A stretch of DNA of 64,000 nt from the NCBI RefSeq assembly GCF_044324875.1, contig NZ_CP172185.1. One strand, 5' to 3'. Position numbers and translations under genes: made by a program. The stretch's first letter is position 1; each line of letters starts with the position of its first letter. The notes beneath the pieces were generated by a model, which did not search any database, was not told the origin of the DNA, and saw only the letters and a list, made by a program, of their open reading frames with translations. This document shows, piece by piece, positions 22,617 through 32,355 of this stretch. This DNA comes from Escherichia coli (GTDB lineage: Bacteria; Pseudomonadota; Gammaproteobacteria; Enterobacterales; Enterobacteriaceae).

Positions 22617-23309
22617 CTAGTGATAACCACGCGCGGTCATAAAATCCGTAATCGCTTTTTCTGCATCAACCAGCACCTTTTCCAGTGGCTGATTGGCATC
22701 GATATCAACCAGTTGTGCACCACCAAAGGTTAACTGTGGCGTTATTGCAATCTTCCTCGCCAGCGATTCCCGTTTATGGTCGGGTTTACGCGCGCAGGCA
22801 ACTTCAAGGTCAACATTGAGTTTGATGACCAGATCAGGTTTATGGCTCGCCATCCAGTGAAACGCTTTACGTTCCTGGCTTGCCAGCCATGAGACAAACC
22901 GGCCGCCTTCAACGTTAGGCGGGAACACTGTACCATCGTAAGCGCCAGGAATTTGGTCCTGAGGATAACGGTCGGTTAGAACAATTAACCCGCGACGACG
23001 ACAGGCAAGCATATGACGAAAGCGCAGTAAGCGACGGGCGACAAACGCTGTAATTACCAGCGCCGGAACAGGGCCAGGCAATTTTTTTGCTGTTTTCACC
23101 TGATTTCGTTCAATTGTTTTATGTAAGGATTTTCCCATCAACGGTAATTTTGTCACTGCACGACCGACATTTCCGGCCTGTTTTCCTAAATGAACTCTTT
23201 CGGCTGCACCATATTTTTCGACAACGGTAATGAGATGTTCACACACCGTTGACTTGCCTGAACCATCGCTACCAATAACGGCAATTAATGGAGGTGTTAT
23301 TGACTGCAT
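22617..23309 (-). CDS. yghT: P-loop NTPase/kinase-like protein of unknown substrate
   Basis: 230-aa ORF; Walker [10 protein letters not shown]; shares DRYPQ and ARKPDH motifs with the two proteins below. Confidence 0.85.
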   Translation of the reverse strand: MQSITPPLIAVIGSDGSGKSTVCEHLITVVEKYGAAERVHLGKQAGNVGRAVTKLPLMGKSLHKTIERNQVKTAKKLPGPVPALVITAFVARRLLRFRHMLACRRRGLIVLTDRYPQDQIPGAYDGTVFPPNVEGGRFVSWLASQERKAFHWMASHKPDLVIKLNVDLEVACARKPDHKRESLARKIAITPQLTFGGAQLVDIDANQPLEKVLVDAEKAITDFMTARGYH

Positions 23310-23482
23310 GAATATATCCTTTAATTTAAATATCCATTAAAAATATTTATTTGGTTAATATGTTTTTATGAAAGCGTAATTCAGGTCAATGTCACAATTA
23401 ACCATTGTCACAATAAGGTTGAACGGATATTCTGAGCACGGACCACGTAATATTCAATACATTATTTGCTGCCGGGTTTTTC

Positions 23483-24196
23483 GTGAATCAACGTAATATG
23501 TCAATAATTAATTCCACGCCAGTGCGTGTTATTGCCATTGTAGGATGTGATGGTTCAGGTAAATCGACCCTCACGGCAAGCCTGGTAAATGAACTGGCAG
23601 CAAGAATGCCAACAGAACACATTTATCTCGGGCAATCGTCCGGGCGAATTGGCGAATGGATTTCACAGCTCCCTGTTATTGGCGCACCTTTTGGGCGTTA
23701 TCTGCGAAGTAAAGCGGCACATGTGCACGAAAAGCCCTCAACACCGCCTGGCAATATTACTGCGCTGGTTATCTATCTGCTTTCCTGCTGGCGGGCGTAT
23801 AAGTTTCGCAAAATGTTGTGTAAAAGCCAGCAAGGCTATCTGCTCATCACCGACCGCTACCCGCAGGTTGAAGTGCCGGGTTTTCGCTTTGATGGCCCGC
23901 AATTGGCAAAAACCACGGGCGGTAACGGTTGGATAAAAATGTTAAGGCAGCGCGAGCTGAAGCTGTACCAATGGATGGCGTCTTATTTGCCCGTATTGTT
24001 GATTCGTCTTGGCATTGATGAACAAACGGCGTTTGCGCGTAAACCTGACCACCAACTGGCGGCGTTACAGGAAAAAATCGCCGTTACGCCGCAACTGACA
24101 TTCAATGGCGCAAAGATCCTTGAACTGGATGGTCGGCAACCAGCCGATGAAATTATGCAAGCGTCACTACGCGCAATTCACGCCGCGCTTTCCTGA
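23483..24196 (+). CDS. yghS: P-loop NTPase/kinase-like protein (paralogue of YghT/YghR)
   Basis: 237-aa ORF (GTG start as printed; alternative ATG 15 nt downstream at MSIINSTP); Walker A GCDGSGKST. Confidence 0.85.
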   Translation: MNQRNMSIINSTPVRVIAIVGCDGSGKSTLTASLVNELAARMPTEHIYLGQSSGRIGEWISQLPVIGAPFGRYLRSKAAHVHEKPSTPPGNITALVIYLLSCWRAYKFRKMLCKSQQGYLLITDRYPQVEVPGFRFDGPQLAKTTGGNGWIKMLRQRELKLYQWMASYLPVLLIRLGIDEQTAFARKPDHQLAALQEKIAVTPQLTFNGAKILELDGRQPADEIMQASLRAIHAALS

Positions 24197-24227
24197 TCAC
24201 CAAAATGGATAGGGGATGATTTAACGA

Positions 24228-24986
24228 ATGGATGCACTACAAACACAAACTGTTAATAGTACAACCGCGCCGCAGCCCAACTACATTCCGGGGCTGATTG
24301 CGGTGGTCGGGTGTGATGGCACCGGTAAATCCACGCTGACCACCGACCTGGTGAAATCGCTGCAACAACACTGGCAAACCGAGCGCCGCTATCTGGGGCT
24401 GCTCTCCGGCGAAGACGGCGACAAAATCAAACGATTGCCGTTGGTTGGCGTCTGGCTGGAACGGCGACTGGCGGCCAAATCCTCGAAAACCCAAAGCATG
24501 AAAACCAAATCTCCAGCGCTATGGGCGGCGGTGATTATGTACTGCTTCTCGCTGCGAAGAATGGCGAATCTACGCAAGGTTCAGCGACTGGCGCAAAGTG
24601 GCGTTCTGGTGGTCAGCGATCGCTTCCCGCAGGCTGAAATTTCGGGCTTTTATTATGACGGACCGGGGATCGGCGTCGAACGTGCGACCGGGAAAATCAG
24701 CATGTTTCTGGCGCAGCGCGAACGGCGTTTATACCAAAAAATGGCGCAATACCGTCCTGAATTAATCATTCGTTTGGGGATTGATATTGATACTGCCATC
24801 TCCCGCAAGCCTGACCATGACTATGCCGAGCTGCAGGACAAAATCGGCGTCATGTCGACGATTGGCTATAACGGCACAAAAATTCTTGAGATTGATTCCA
24901 GAGCGCCCTACAGCGAAGTGCTGGAACAGGCACAGAAGGCGGTTTCTCTGGTTGCCATCGTTTCTGACCGCCGAAGTTTAACTTAA
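24228..24986 (+). CDS. yghR: P-loop NTPase/kinase-like protein (paralogue of YghS/YghT)
   Basis: 252-aa ORF; Walker A GCDGTGKST, DRFPQ, SRKPDH. Confidence 0.85.
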   Translation: MDALQTQTVNSTTAPQPNYIPGLIAVVGCDGTGKSTLTTDLVKSLQQHWQTERRYLGLLSGEDGDKIKRLPLVGVWLERRLAAKSSKTQSMKTKSPALWAAVIMYCFSLRRMANLRKVQRLAQSGVLVVSDRFPQAEISGFYYDGPGIGVERATGKISMFLAQRERRLYQKMAQYRPELIIRLGIDIDTAISRKPDHDYAELQDKIGVMSTIGYNGTKILEIDSRAPYSEVLEQAQKAVSLVAIVSDRRSLT

Positions 24987-25031
24987 GGCTGGCGGGATAC
25001 TTTTTACTATCAACGATAAGGTCAGGCTGAA

Positions 25032-26381
25032 TTGGCGGGTTTTAACATCAAACATTGGTTTGCAGATGGCGCGTTTCGCACCATTATTCGCAATAGCGCC
25101 TGGTTAGGCTCCAGTAATGTCGTGAGCGCCTTGCTGGGTCTGTTGGCGCTCTCGTGTGCCGGTAAAGGGATGACGCCCGCCATGTTTGGCGTACTGGTGA
25201 TTGTGCAATCGTACGCCAAGTCGATCAGCGATTTTATTAAGTTTCAGACATGGCAGTTGGTGGTGCAGTACGGAACACCAGCATTAACCAACAATAATCC
25301 ACAGCAATTCCGCAATGTCGTCTCATTTTCCTTCTCGCTGGATATCGTCAGCGGCGCGGTGGCGATTGTCGGCGGCATTGCCTTACTCCCTTTTCTTTCC
25401 CATTCATTAGGTCTGGATGACCAAAGCTTTTGGCTGGCAGCGCTGTATTGCACGCTCATTCCTTCAATGGCTTCCTCCACGCCGACCGGCATTCTGCGTG
25501 CGGTAGATCGCTTCGACTTAATTGCTGTACAGCAGGCGACGAAACCTTTTCTGCGCGCAGCGGGGAGCGTCGTTGCCTGGTATTTTGACTTTGGTTTTGC
25601 GGGTTTTGTTATTGCCTGGTACGCCTCGAATCTTGTTGGCGGCACCATGTACTGGTGGTTTGCCGCACGTGAATTACGCCGCAGAAATATCCATAACGCG
25701 TTCAAATTGAATCTGTTTGAGTCTGCCCGACACATCAAAGGCGCGTGGAGTTTTGTCTGGTCAACCAACATTGCCCATTCCATCTGGTCGGCGCGTAATT
25801 CGTGCAGCACAGTGTTGGTGGGGATCGTGTTAGGACCCGCTGCCGCCGGGTTATTTAAAATCGCCATGACATTCTTCGACGCCGCCGGAACGCCAGCGGG
25901 TTTACTGGGCAAAAGTTTTTACCCAGAGGTGATGCGTTTAGATCCGCGTACCACCAGACCGTGGTTGTTAGGCGTGAAGTCAGGTTTACTGGCGGGCGGA
26001 ATCGGTATTCTGGTGGCGCTCGCGGTGTTGATCGTCGGCAAGCCGCTCATTTCGCTGGTGTTTGGCGTTAAGTATCTCGAAGCGTATGACCTGATTCAGG
26101 TGATGCTGGGCGCAATTGTGATCTCGATGCTGGGCTTCCCTCAGGAGTCATTGCTATTGATGGCGGGAAAACAGCGCGCTTTTCTCGTGGCGCAAACCAT
26201 CGCCTCAATCGGCTACATCGTATTGCTGTTCATGTTCTGTCATCTGTTTGGCGTGCTGGGGGCTGCATTTGCTTACTTCGGTGGGCAATGTCTGGATGTG
26301 GTGTTCTCGCTAATTCCGACCTTAAAGGCATTTTTTCAGCGCCATTCCTTGCTTTATAACTCAGCCGGAGAGAAATCCTGA
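25032..26381 (+). CDS. yghQ: Wzx/MurJ-like (MOP superfamily) polytopic membrane protein, putative lipid-linked substrate flippase
   Basis: Track ORF is 449 aa with a TTG start; first in-frame ATG about 46 codons in (MTPAMFGVLV). Longer than the 355-aa K-12 YghQ I remember. Start uncertain. Confidence 0.75.
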   Translation: MAGFNIKHWFADGAFRTIIRNSAWLGSSNVVSALLGLLALSCAGKGMTPAMFGVLVIVQSYAKSISDFIKFQTWQLVVQYGTPALTNNNPQQFRNVVSFSFSLDIVSGAVAIVGGIALLPFLSHSLGLDDQSFWLAALYCTLIPSMASSTPTGILRAVDRFDLIAVQQATKPFLRAAGSVVAWYFDFGFAGFVIAWYASNLVGGTMYWWFAARELRRRNIHNAFKLNLFESARHIKGAWSFVWSTNIAHSIWSARNSCSTVLVGIVLGPAAAGLFKIAMTFFDAAGTPAGLLGKSFYPEVMRLDPRTTRPWLLGVKSGLLAGGIGILVALAVLIVGKPLISLVFGVKYLEAYDLIQVMLGAIVISMLGFPQESLLLMAGKQRAFLVAQTIASIGYIVLLFMFCHLFGVLGAAFAYFGGQCLDVVFSLIPTLKAFFQRHSLLYNSAGEKS

Positions 26382-27217
26382 TGATGAGAAAATATTTCCC
26401 GCTTGAGGCGAGCGAGCGTCTATTTGTTGCGATTGAAGAAGATGATGTTGTTGATGCACAGGTCAGTTTGCCGCCGACTATCGCACTAAGTTGTACCACC
26501 GAAATCATCCATGATAATTACGCGTTATGCCTGCAATTCTGGCTCAATGGCGTCAATCGCCAGGAGTTACTGCGTTTAATATGCAAACAGGCCAAAGGCG
26601 ATGAGCTGACTGCTGATGAGCGCAAACAATTTAAATACATGCGAGCGCGCTACAAGCACCTGCGTTTTGCGCAACGGCTGTATTTAAAAAAGCATCAGGC
26701 CGGATTTTTATTCGGCAAAACGACCGTTTTTTTGGGGCGTTTTCAGGACGGCTTTCGTAACGGTAAGAAAAATATTGTGTCGTATTACGGCAACCTGTTA
26801 CGGGTTTATTTAAGCTCTCCGGTCTGGTCGTTGGTGAACTATTCATTACGCCATAGCCAGTTAGAAAGCGTAAGCGGTTTTATTGCCTATCGGCAAAAGC
26901 AAATGCATACCCTGAAAGAGATAATTGCCAAACCGCGACTAACTGGCAGGGAATTTCATGATGTGCGAAAAATCATCAGCCAGCAGGTTTCTTATTACGA
27001 CACCTTAAGATCGCTTGATCCTGAAAATAAAGAGGCGTTACTGATTTCCCGTTTTCTCGCCGCCATTAATGGTCTGATGGGGGATAAGCACGACGACATG
27101 GTGGCGGATGATATGGAAAACCGCCAGTCGTATGATGCACCGGTGGCGCTGGATAGCGATATTCGCCAGCGTTTAGAACTGCTGATTTCGCGTTTCCCAC
27201 TCTATCCGGAGCAATAA
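26381..27217 (+). CDS. hypothetical soluble protein, 278 aa, basic and predicted helical
   Basis: ATG overlaps yghQ stop (ATGA) with GGAGAGAAA Shine-Dalgarno; no family recognised. Confidence 0.6.
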   Translation: MMRKYFPLEASERLFVAIEEDDVVDAQVSLPPTIALSCTTEIIHDNYALCLQFWLNGVNRQELLRLICKQAKGDELTADERKQFKYMRARYKHLRFAQRLYLKKHQAGFLFGKTTVFLGRFQDGFRNGKKNIVSYYGNLLRVYLSSPVWSLVNYSLRHSQLESVSGFIAYRQKQMHTLKEIIAKPRLTGREFHDVRKIISQQVSYYDTLRSLDPENKEALLISRFLAAINGLMGDKHDDMVADDMENRQSYDAPVALDSDIRQRLELLISRFPLYPEQ

Positions 27218-27777
27218 TGCCATCTCGTTGGATTTTCGCTCTGATCATCGCACTCTTAGCGCCAGGCGCGGTGGCACACAATTTCGTCACTGGCAAAACG
27301 GTTACCCCTGTTTATATCCAGGAAGGCGGTGAGTTGCTTCTGAAAAGCGACGACGAAATTCACTACCAAAAGTGGAACAGCACACAGCTGGCGGGAAAAG
27401 TTCGCATTATTCAGTATATCGCCGGGCGTAAGTCGGCGAAGAAAAAGAACTCACTGTTAATTAAAGCGGTTGAAGCGGCAAACTTTCCGCAGGATCGTTT
27501 TCAGCCCACCACCATTGTGAACACCGATGATGCCATTTTTGGTACTGGCTATTTTGTCGTTGGCAAAATCGAAAAAAATAAACGCCGCTATCCGTGGGCG
27601 CAATTCGTTATTGACGGCAATGGACAGGGACGCGTTGCCTGGCGGTTGCCGGAGCAGAGTTCAACCATTCTGGTGCTGAATAAAGACGGGCAAATTCAGT
27701 GGGCAAAGGACGGCAGCCTGACGCCGGAAGAGGTAGATCATGTCATTGCGCTGGCGCAGAAACTGATCAATGAATAA
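27217..27777 (+). CDS. secreted/periplasmic protein, YtfJ-like, 186 aa
   Basis: N-terminal signal peptide MPSRWIFALIIALLAPGAVA; start overlaps previous stop (TAATG); resemblance to YtfJ is from memory. Confidence 0.55.
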   Translation: MPSRWIFALIIALLAPGAVAHNFVTGKTVTPVYIQEGGELLLKSDDEIHYQKWNSTQLAGKVRIIQYIAGRKSAKKKNSLLIKAVEAANFPQDRFQPTTIVNTDDAIFGTGYFVVGKIEKNKRRYPWAQFVIDGNGQGRVAWRLPEQSSTILVLNKDGQIQWAKDGSLTPEEVDHVIALAQKLINE

Positions 27778-27807
27778 AAAATTCAAAGGATTGAGGGCGT
27801 TAGCGAG

Positions 27808-28878
27808 ATGAAGCTGGTTGAACACTACATCATGCGTGGTACGCGCCGTCTGGTGTTGATTATCGTCGGTTTTCTGATCTTTATTTTCGCCAGCTACTCC
27901 GCACAGCGTTATCTGACCGAAGCGGCAAATGGGACATTAGCTCTTGATGTTGTGCTGGATATCGTTTTCTACAAAGTGCTGATTGCACTGGAGATGTTGT
28001 TACCTGTTGGACTGTATGTGTCAGTTGGCGTGACGCTAGGGCAGATGTATACCGATTCGGAAATTACCGCTATCTCTGCGGCGGGGGGCAGTCCGGGACG
28101 CTTGTACAAAGCCGTTCTTTATCTGGCGATACCGCTAAGTATTTTTGTCACCCTTCTGTCGATGTATGGTCGTCCGTGGGCTTATGCGCAGATTTATCAA
28201 CTGGAGCAACAGTCACAGTCGGAGCTGGATGTTCGCCAGTTGCGGGCAAAGAAATTTAACACTAACGATAACGGACGAATGATCCTTTCCCAGACGGTTG
28301 ATCAGGATAATAATCGCCTGACTGACGCGCTGATTTATACTTCTACTGCCAATCGAACCCGCATTTTCCGCGCCCGTTCGGTTGATGTGGTTGACCCATC
28401 TCCCGAGAAACCGACCGTTATGTTGCACAACGGGACAGCCTATCTTCTCGATCATCAGGGGCGTGACGACAACGAACAGATCTACCGTCATCTGCAATTA
28501 CATCTGAATCCGCTGGATCAAAGCCCTAACGTCAAACGCAAAGCGAAATCGGTCACGGAGCTGGCGCGCTCCGTCTTTCCAGCCGATCATGCCGAACTGC
28601 AATGGCGACAAAGCCGTGGCCTGACAGCATTGTTGATGGCGCTGCTGGCCATTTCATTAAGTCGGGTAAAACCGCGGCAAGGGCGATTTTCAACATTATT
28701 GCCACTGACGTTGCTGTTTATTGCCATTTTTTATGGCGGCGACGTCTGCCGTACGCTGGTGGCTAACGGCGCGATTCCCCTCATTCCTGGTTTGTGGTTA
28801 GTACCCGGACTCATGCTAATGGGCCTGCTGATGCTGGTCGCACGCGACTTCTCTTTGCTGCAGAAATTTTCCCGATGA
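27808..28878 (+). CDS. YjgP/YjgQ-family permease (LptF-like paralogue)
   Basis: 356-aa ORF with N-terminal TM cluster, long periplasmic middle region and C-terminal TM helices, the LptF/LptG architecture. Confidence 0.7.
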   Translation: MKLVEHYIMRGTRRLVLIIVGFLIFIFASYSAQRYLTEAANGTLALDVVLDIVFYKVLIALEMLLPVGLYVSVGVTLGQMYTDSEITAISAAGGSPGRLYKAVLYLAIPLSIFVTLLSMYGRPWAYAQIYQLEQQSQSELDVRQLRAKKFNTNDNGRMILSQTVDQDNNRLTDALIYTSTANRTRIFRARSVDVVDPSPEKPTVMLHNGTAYLLDHQGRDDNEQIYRHLQLHLNPLDQSPNVKRKAKSVTELARSVFPADHAELQWRQSRGLTALLMALLAISLSRVKPRQGRFSTLLPLTLLFIAIFYGGDVCRTLVANGAIPLIPGLWLVPGLMLMGLLMLVARDFSLLQKFSR

Positions 28879-29954
28879 ATGTTTTCAGTCGCTATTTAAT
28901 CCGTCATCTCTTTCTCGGTTTTGCCGCCGCCGCAGGGCTATTGCTGCCGCTTTTTACCACCTTCAACCTGATTAACGAACTGGATGATGTCAGCCCGGGT
29001 GGTTATCGCTGGACTCAGGCGGTGCTGGTGGTGCTGATGACCTTACCGCGCACACTGGTCGAACTTTCGCCGTTTATCGCATTATTGGGAGGGATTGTTG
29101 GCCTGGGGCAGTTATCGAAAAACAGTGAGCTTACCGCCATTCGCAGCACGGGGTTTTCTATCTTCCGTATTGCACTAGTGGCGCTGGTTGCCGGGATATT
29201 TTGGACTGTTTCGTTAGGCGCGATAGATGAGTGGGTGGCGTCGCCATTGCAGCAACAGGCGCTGCAAATCAAATCGACTGCCACCGCGTTGGGGGAGGAC
29301 GATGACATTACCGGCAATATGCTTTGGGCCAGGCGCGGTAATGAATTTGTGACGGTGAAATCGCTGAACGAGCAGGGCCAGCCTGTGGGCGTGGAGATAT
29401 TTCATTATCGCGACGATCTCTCGCTCGAATCCTACATTTTTGCACGCAGTGCCTCCATTGAAGACGACAAAACGTGGATCCTGCATGGTGTGAATCATAA
29501 AAAATGGTTGAATGGCAAAGAAACGCTGGAAACATCAGATAATCTTGCCTGGCAATCGGCCTTCACCAGTATGAATCTTGAAGAGTTATCGATGCCGGGA
29601 AATACTTTTTCTGTCCGTCAACTTAATCATTACATCCATTATTTGCAGGAAACTGGGCAACCCAGCAGCGAATACCGCCTTGCACTGTGGGAAAAACTGG
29701 GACAACCCATCCTGACCCTGGCGATGATTTTGCTGGCTGTGCCGTTTACCTTTAGTGCCCCGCGTTCGCCTGGGATGGGTAGCCGTCTCGCTGTAGGCGT
29801 CATCGTGGGCTTACTTACCTGGATCAGCTATCAAATCATGGTCAATCTGGGATTGCTATTTGCGTTGAACGCACCTGTTACCGCGCTCGGTTTACCGGTA
29901 GCGTTTGTGCTGGTGGCGTTGAGCCTGGTGTATTGGTATGACAGACAACATTAA
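28875..29954 (+). CDS. YjgP/YjgQ-family permease (LptG-like paralogue)
   Basis: Track ORF 28794..29954 is over-extended; start MNVFSRYLIRHLFLGF overlaps the upstream stop (ATGA), giving 359 aa with LptG-like topology. Confidence 0.7.
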   Translation: MNVFSRYLIRHLFLGFAAAAGLLLPLFTTFNLINELDDVSPGGYRWTQAVLVVLMTLPRTLVELSPFIALLGGIVGLGQLSKNSELTAIRSTGFSIFRIALVALVAGIFWTVSLGAIDEWVASPLQQQALQIKSTATALGEDDDITGNMLWARRGNEFVTVKSLNEQGQPVGVEIFHYRDDLSLESYIFARSASIEDDKTWILHGVNHKKWLNGKETLETSDNLAWQSAFTSMNLEELSMPGNTFSVRQLNHYIHYLQETGQPSSEYRLALWEKLGQPILTLAMILLAVPFTFSAPRSPGMGSRLAVGVIVGLLTWISYQIMVNLGLLFALNAPVTALGLPVAFVLVALSLVYWYDRQH

Positions 29955-29988
29955 ACCCGCCGTGGCGCAACACCACAGCGGGCTCACA

Positions 29989-31161
29989 TTACTGCTTCAG
30001 AGTAGCGAACGCTTGAATGATGGCATCAATTTGCTCACGACTGTGGGCAGCGTTTACGCTACAGCGCAGCAGCGTGATGCCTGCAGGCGCGGCAGGTGGC
30101 AGGATAAGATTCACATAAACGCCCAGCGAAATAAGCTCGCGCCAGATGCGTAAACCTTCCTCTTTCGAACCGATTATTACTGGCACTACCGGGCTAATAT
30201 GTGAACTTAACTCATAACCCAGTTTTTGCAGACCGTCATACAGATGGTTGGCATTATCCATCAGCTTTTGCCGCAACTCTGGTTGTGTAGCAATGGTTCT
30301 TAACGACGAGCGCACGGTCGCAATGCAGGACGGAGAAGGAGAGGCGGTAAAAATATACGGGCGGCTGCCGTAGCGCAGCACTTCCATCGCTTCCGAACCG
30401 ACAGCAAAACCGCCAATCGAGGCCAGACTTTTACTGAAAGTACCAACGATAATATCCACATCATCTTCAACGCCAACGGCTTCAGCCAGTCCGCGCCCCG
30501 TTGCGCCTAACACGCCAAACGAATGCGCTTCATCGACAATCAAATAACCACCGAGACGACGTTTGATATCAACAATTTCCGCCAGCGGCGCAACGTCACC
30601 GAGCATACTGTAGATGCCTTCAACGATGATAATCGCCTCTTTTGCCCGTTCACCGAGGCGAACCATGCGCCGTTCCAGATCTTTAGCATCGTTATGGCGG
30701 AAACGAATAATTTCCGCGCCACCGAGAGAACAGGCGTCATAAATACTGGCGTGGCTGTCGGCATCCAGTAACACCACGGCGTTATGGTCGGCAAGTGCGC
30801 TGATGACGCCTAAATTAGCGGTATAACCGGTTGAAAAAACGATAGCGGTAGGGCGATTAAAAAACTCGGCGATCTCTTTCTCTAACGCCAGATGCGGCGC
30901 ATAACTGCCGTTTGCCATACGAGAACCGGTGGTGCCGGTGCCTTGGGCCGCTAACGCTGCCTGACCTTCGGCGATGGCATCATGATTGAAGGTTAATCCG
31001 AGATAATTATTGGTCCCGGCCAGAATCACTTTTTTATTGCCGATCCGGCCTTCGGTGGCGGAATACACTTCATCAATACAGGTACCAAACGGCGTTAACC
31101 CGTTGTCACTAAATTGCAGTCGCTCGCCAGCAAGACGCGCATATTTATCGTATAGCCCCAT
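29989..31161 (-). CDS. PLP-dependent alpha-oxoamine synthase, serine-palmitoyltransferase-like
   Basis: 390 aa; motifs DEAHSFG and VGTFSKSLASIGGF (PLP lysine about residue 244, codon near 30430..30432). Confidence 0.8.
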   Translation of the reverse strand: MGLYDKYARLAGERLQFSDNGLTPFGTCIDEVYSATEGRIGNKKVILAGTNNYLGLTFNHDAIAEGQAALAAQGTGTTGSRMANGSYAPHLALEKEIAEFFNRPTAIVFSTGYTANLGVISALADHNAVVLLDADSHASIYDACSLGGAEIIRFRHNDAKDLERRMVRLGERAKEAIIIVEGIYSMLGDVAPLAEIVDIKRRLGGYLIVDEAHSFGVLGATGRGLAEAVGVEDDVDIIVGTFSKSLASIGGFAVGSEAMEVLRYGSRPYIFTASPSPSCIATVRSSLRTIATQPELRQKLMDNANHLYDGLQKLGYELSSHISPVVPVIIGSKEEGLRIWRELISLGVYVNLILPPAAPAGITLLRCSVNAAHSREQIDAIIQAFATLKQ

Positions 31162-31409
31162 TATTTATTCTCCAGCCATGGAAGTAGTGTTTCCATTAAT
31201 TGCGCAGGGGTTTTGACATCCAGCAGAATATTAATAGGAATGGAAATATCGAATCTGTCTTCCAGCATCATTAAGAGATCCATCACTTTGATCGACTCCA
31301 GGCCAAGATCGTTGACGAGATCGCTGTCGGGCTTAATTTCCACACCGTTTTCGACCAAATCCTGTAAACAGGAAAGGATGTAATCCATTACTATTTCACG
31401 ATTTACCAT
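31161..31409 (-). CDS. acyl carrier protein (dedicated, 82 aa)
   Basis: Small acidic protein with DLGLESIKVMDL (candidate phosphopantetheine serine); stop overlaps the downstream synthase start. Confidence 0.7.
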   Translation of the reverse strand: MVNREIVMDYILSCLQDLVENGVEIKPDSDLVNDLGLESIKVMDLLMMLEDRFDISIPINILLDVKTPAQLMETLLPWLENK

Positions 31410-31440
31410 AGAAACGTTAACACACCTTTAAACAAGACAA

Positions 31441-32355
31441 TCAAAATAGCCCGTTGCGTAATGCGTGTTCCAGGCTAATCCCGGGAAACCAATTAATATC
31501 TTCAGAAATACGGTTATTACTTGCTGACCAGTCGGCGTGGGTTAATTCACGGATTTTCGAGCGGGTCAGCATAGGTTCTTTACCTGCCAGGCGACTCAAC
31601 GTGGTACTGATATCCGCAAGGCAGGTGAGTACCGACAGAGGAATACCAACCATTCGAACGGAACCACAACGGGCGTCGGCGGCAAGCTGTCTTACGCGTT
31701 GCCAGTCATAGCCGCCGGCGACGCCATCGCATAATTCATAGGTTTGCGTCTGTACAGTTTCGGCGCTTAACCACTGCCCCACGGCTTGCGCGAAATCGGT
31801 GACGTGCAGGAAAGAGAGCTGTGTATCTGGCGCACCAAGTCGTGGCAGTAGGCCGCGCAGCATCCAGTCAAACAGCGGTTTTAACTCTTTATCGCCGGGA
31901 CCATACACGGCTGTCGGGCGAAAAATGCCCAGCGTAATTTCGTCAGCCATTGCGGTCAGTCGTTGTTCGGCGACGTGTTTGGAATTTGCGTACCAGGAGA
32001 GTTCGGGATGGCGCGCCGCCAGCGAAGAGATAAACAGAAAACGTTGGCAAAAGCCGCTCTCTTTTGCCGCTTGCATCAGGCGCAGGCTGCCGTCAACGTT
32101 ACAGCGGGTAAAAATCTCTTCTTTGTGTCCGCGCACTTGTCCGGCGCAATGGACCACCGCGCTGGCTCCGGCAACCAGTTCGCTAAGCGAATGTGTATCT
32201 TCCAGCGAACCGCGCACCCAGATGAGATTATCATTGACGTGAGCGCGGGCAGTACGCGTCAATGCGCGAACGTGAAAGCCGCGGGCGAGCAGGTTATCGA
32301 TAATATATTTACCGATAAACCCGGTAGCGCCCGTCACCGCGACAGTTTGATTCAT
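31441..32355 (-). CDS. NAD(P)-dependent epimerase/dehydratase-family (extended SDR) oxidoreductase, putative keto-reductase
   Basis: 304 aa; Rossmann VTGATGFIGKYI, catalytic YANSK; start overlaps upstream ligase stop by 4 nt. Confidence 0.75.
   Translation of the reverse strand: MNQTVAVTGATGFIGKYIIDNLLARGFHVRALTRTARAHVNDNLIWVRGSLEDTHSLSELVAGASAVVHCAGQVRGHKEEIFTRCNVDGSLRLMQAAKESGFCQRFLFISSLAARHPELSWYANSKHVAEQRLTAMADEITLGIFRPTAVYGPGDKELKPLFDWMLRGLLPRLGAPDTQLSFLHVTDFAQAVGQWLSAETVQTQTYELCDGVAGGYDWQRVRQLAADARCGSVRMVGIPLSVLTCLADISTTLSRLAGKEPMLTRSKIRELTHADWSASNNRISEDINWFPGISLEHALRNGLF

Noticed and set aside
28794-28874. Apparent 85-nt overlap between the two LptF/LptG-like ORFs in the track
   Set aside because: Artefact of extending the second ORF to the furthest upstream start; the ATG at 28875 (MNVFSRYLIRHLF) gives the usual 4-nt ATGA coupling.
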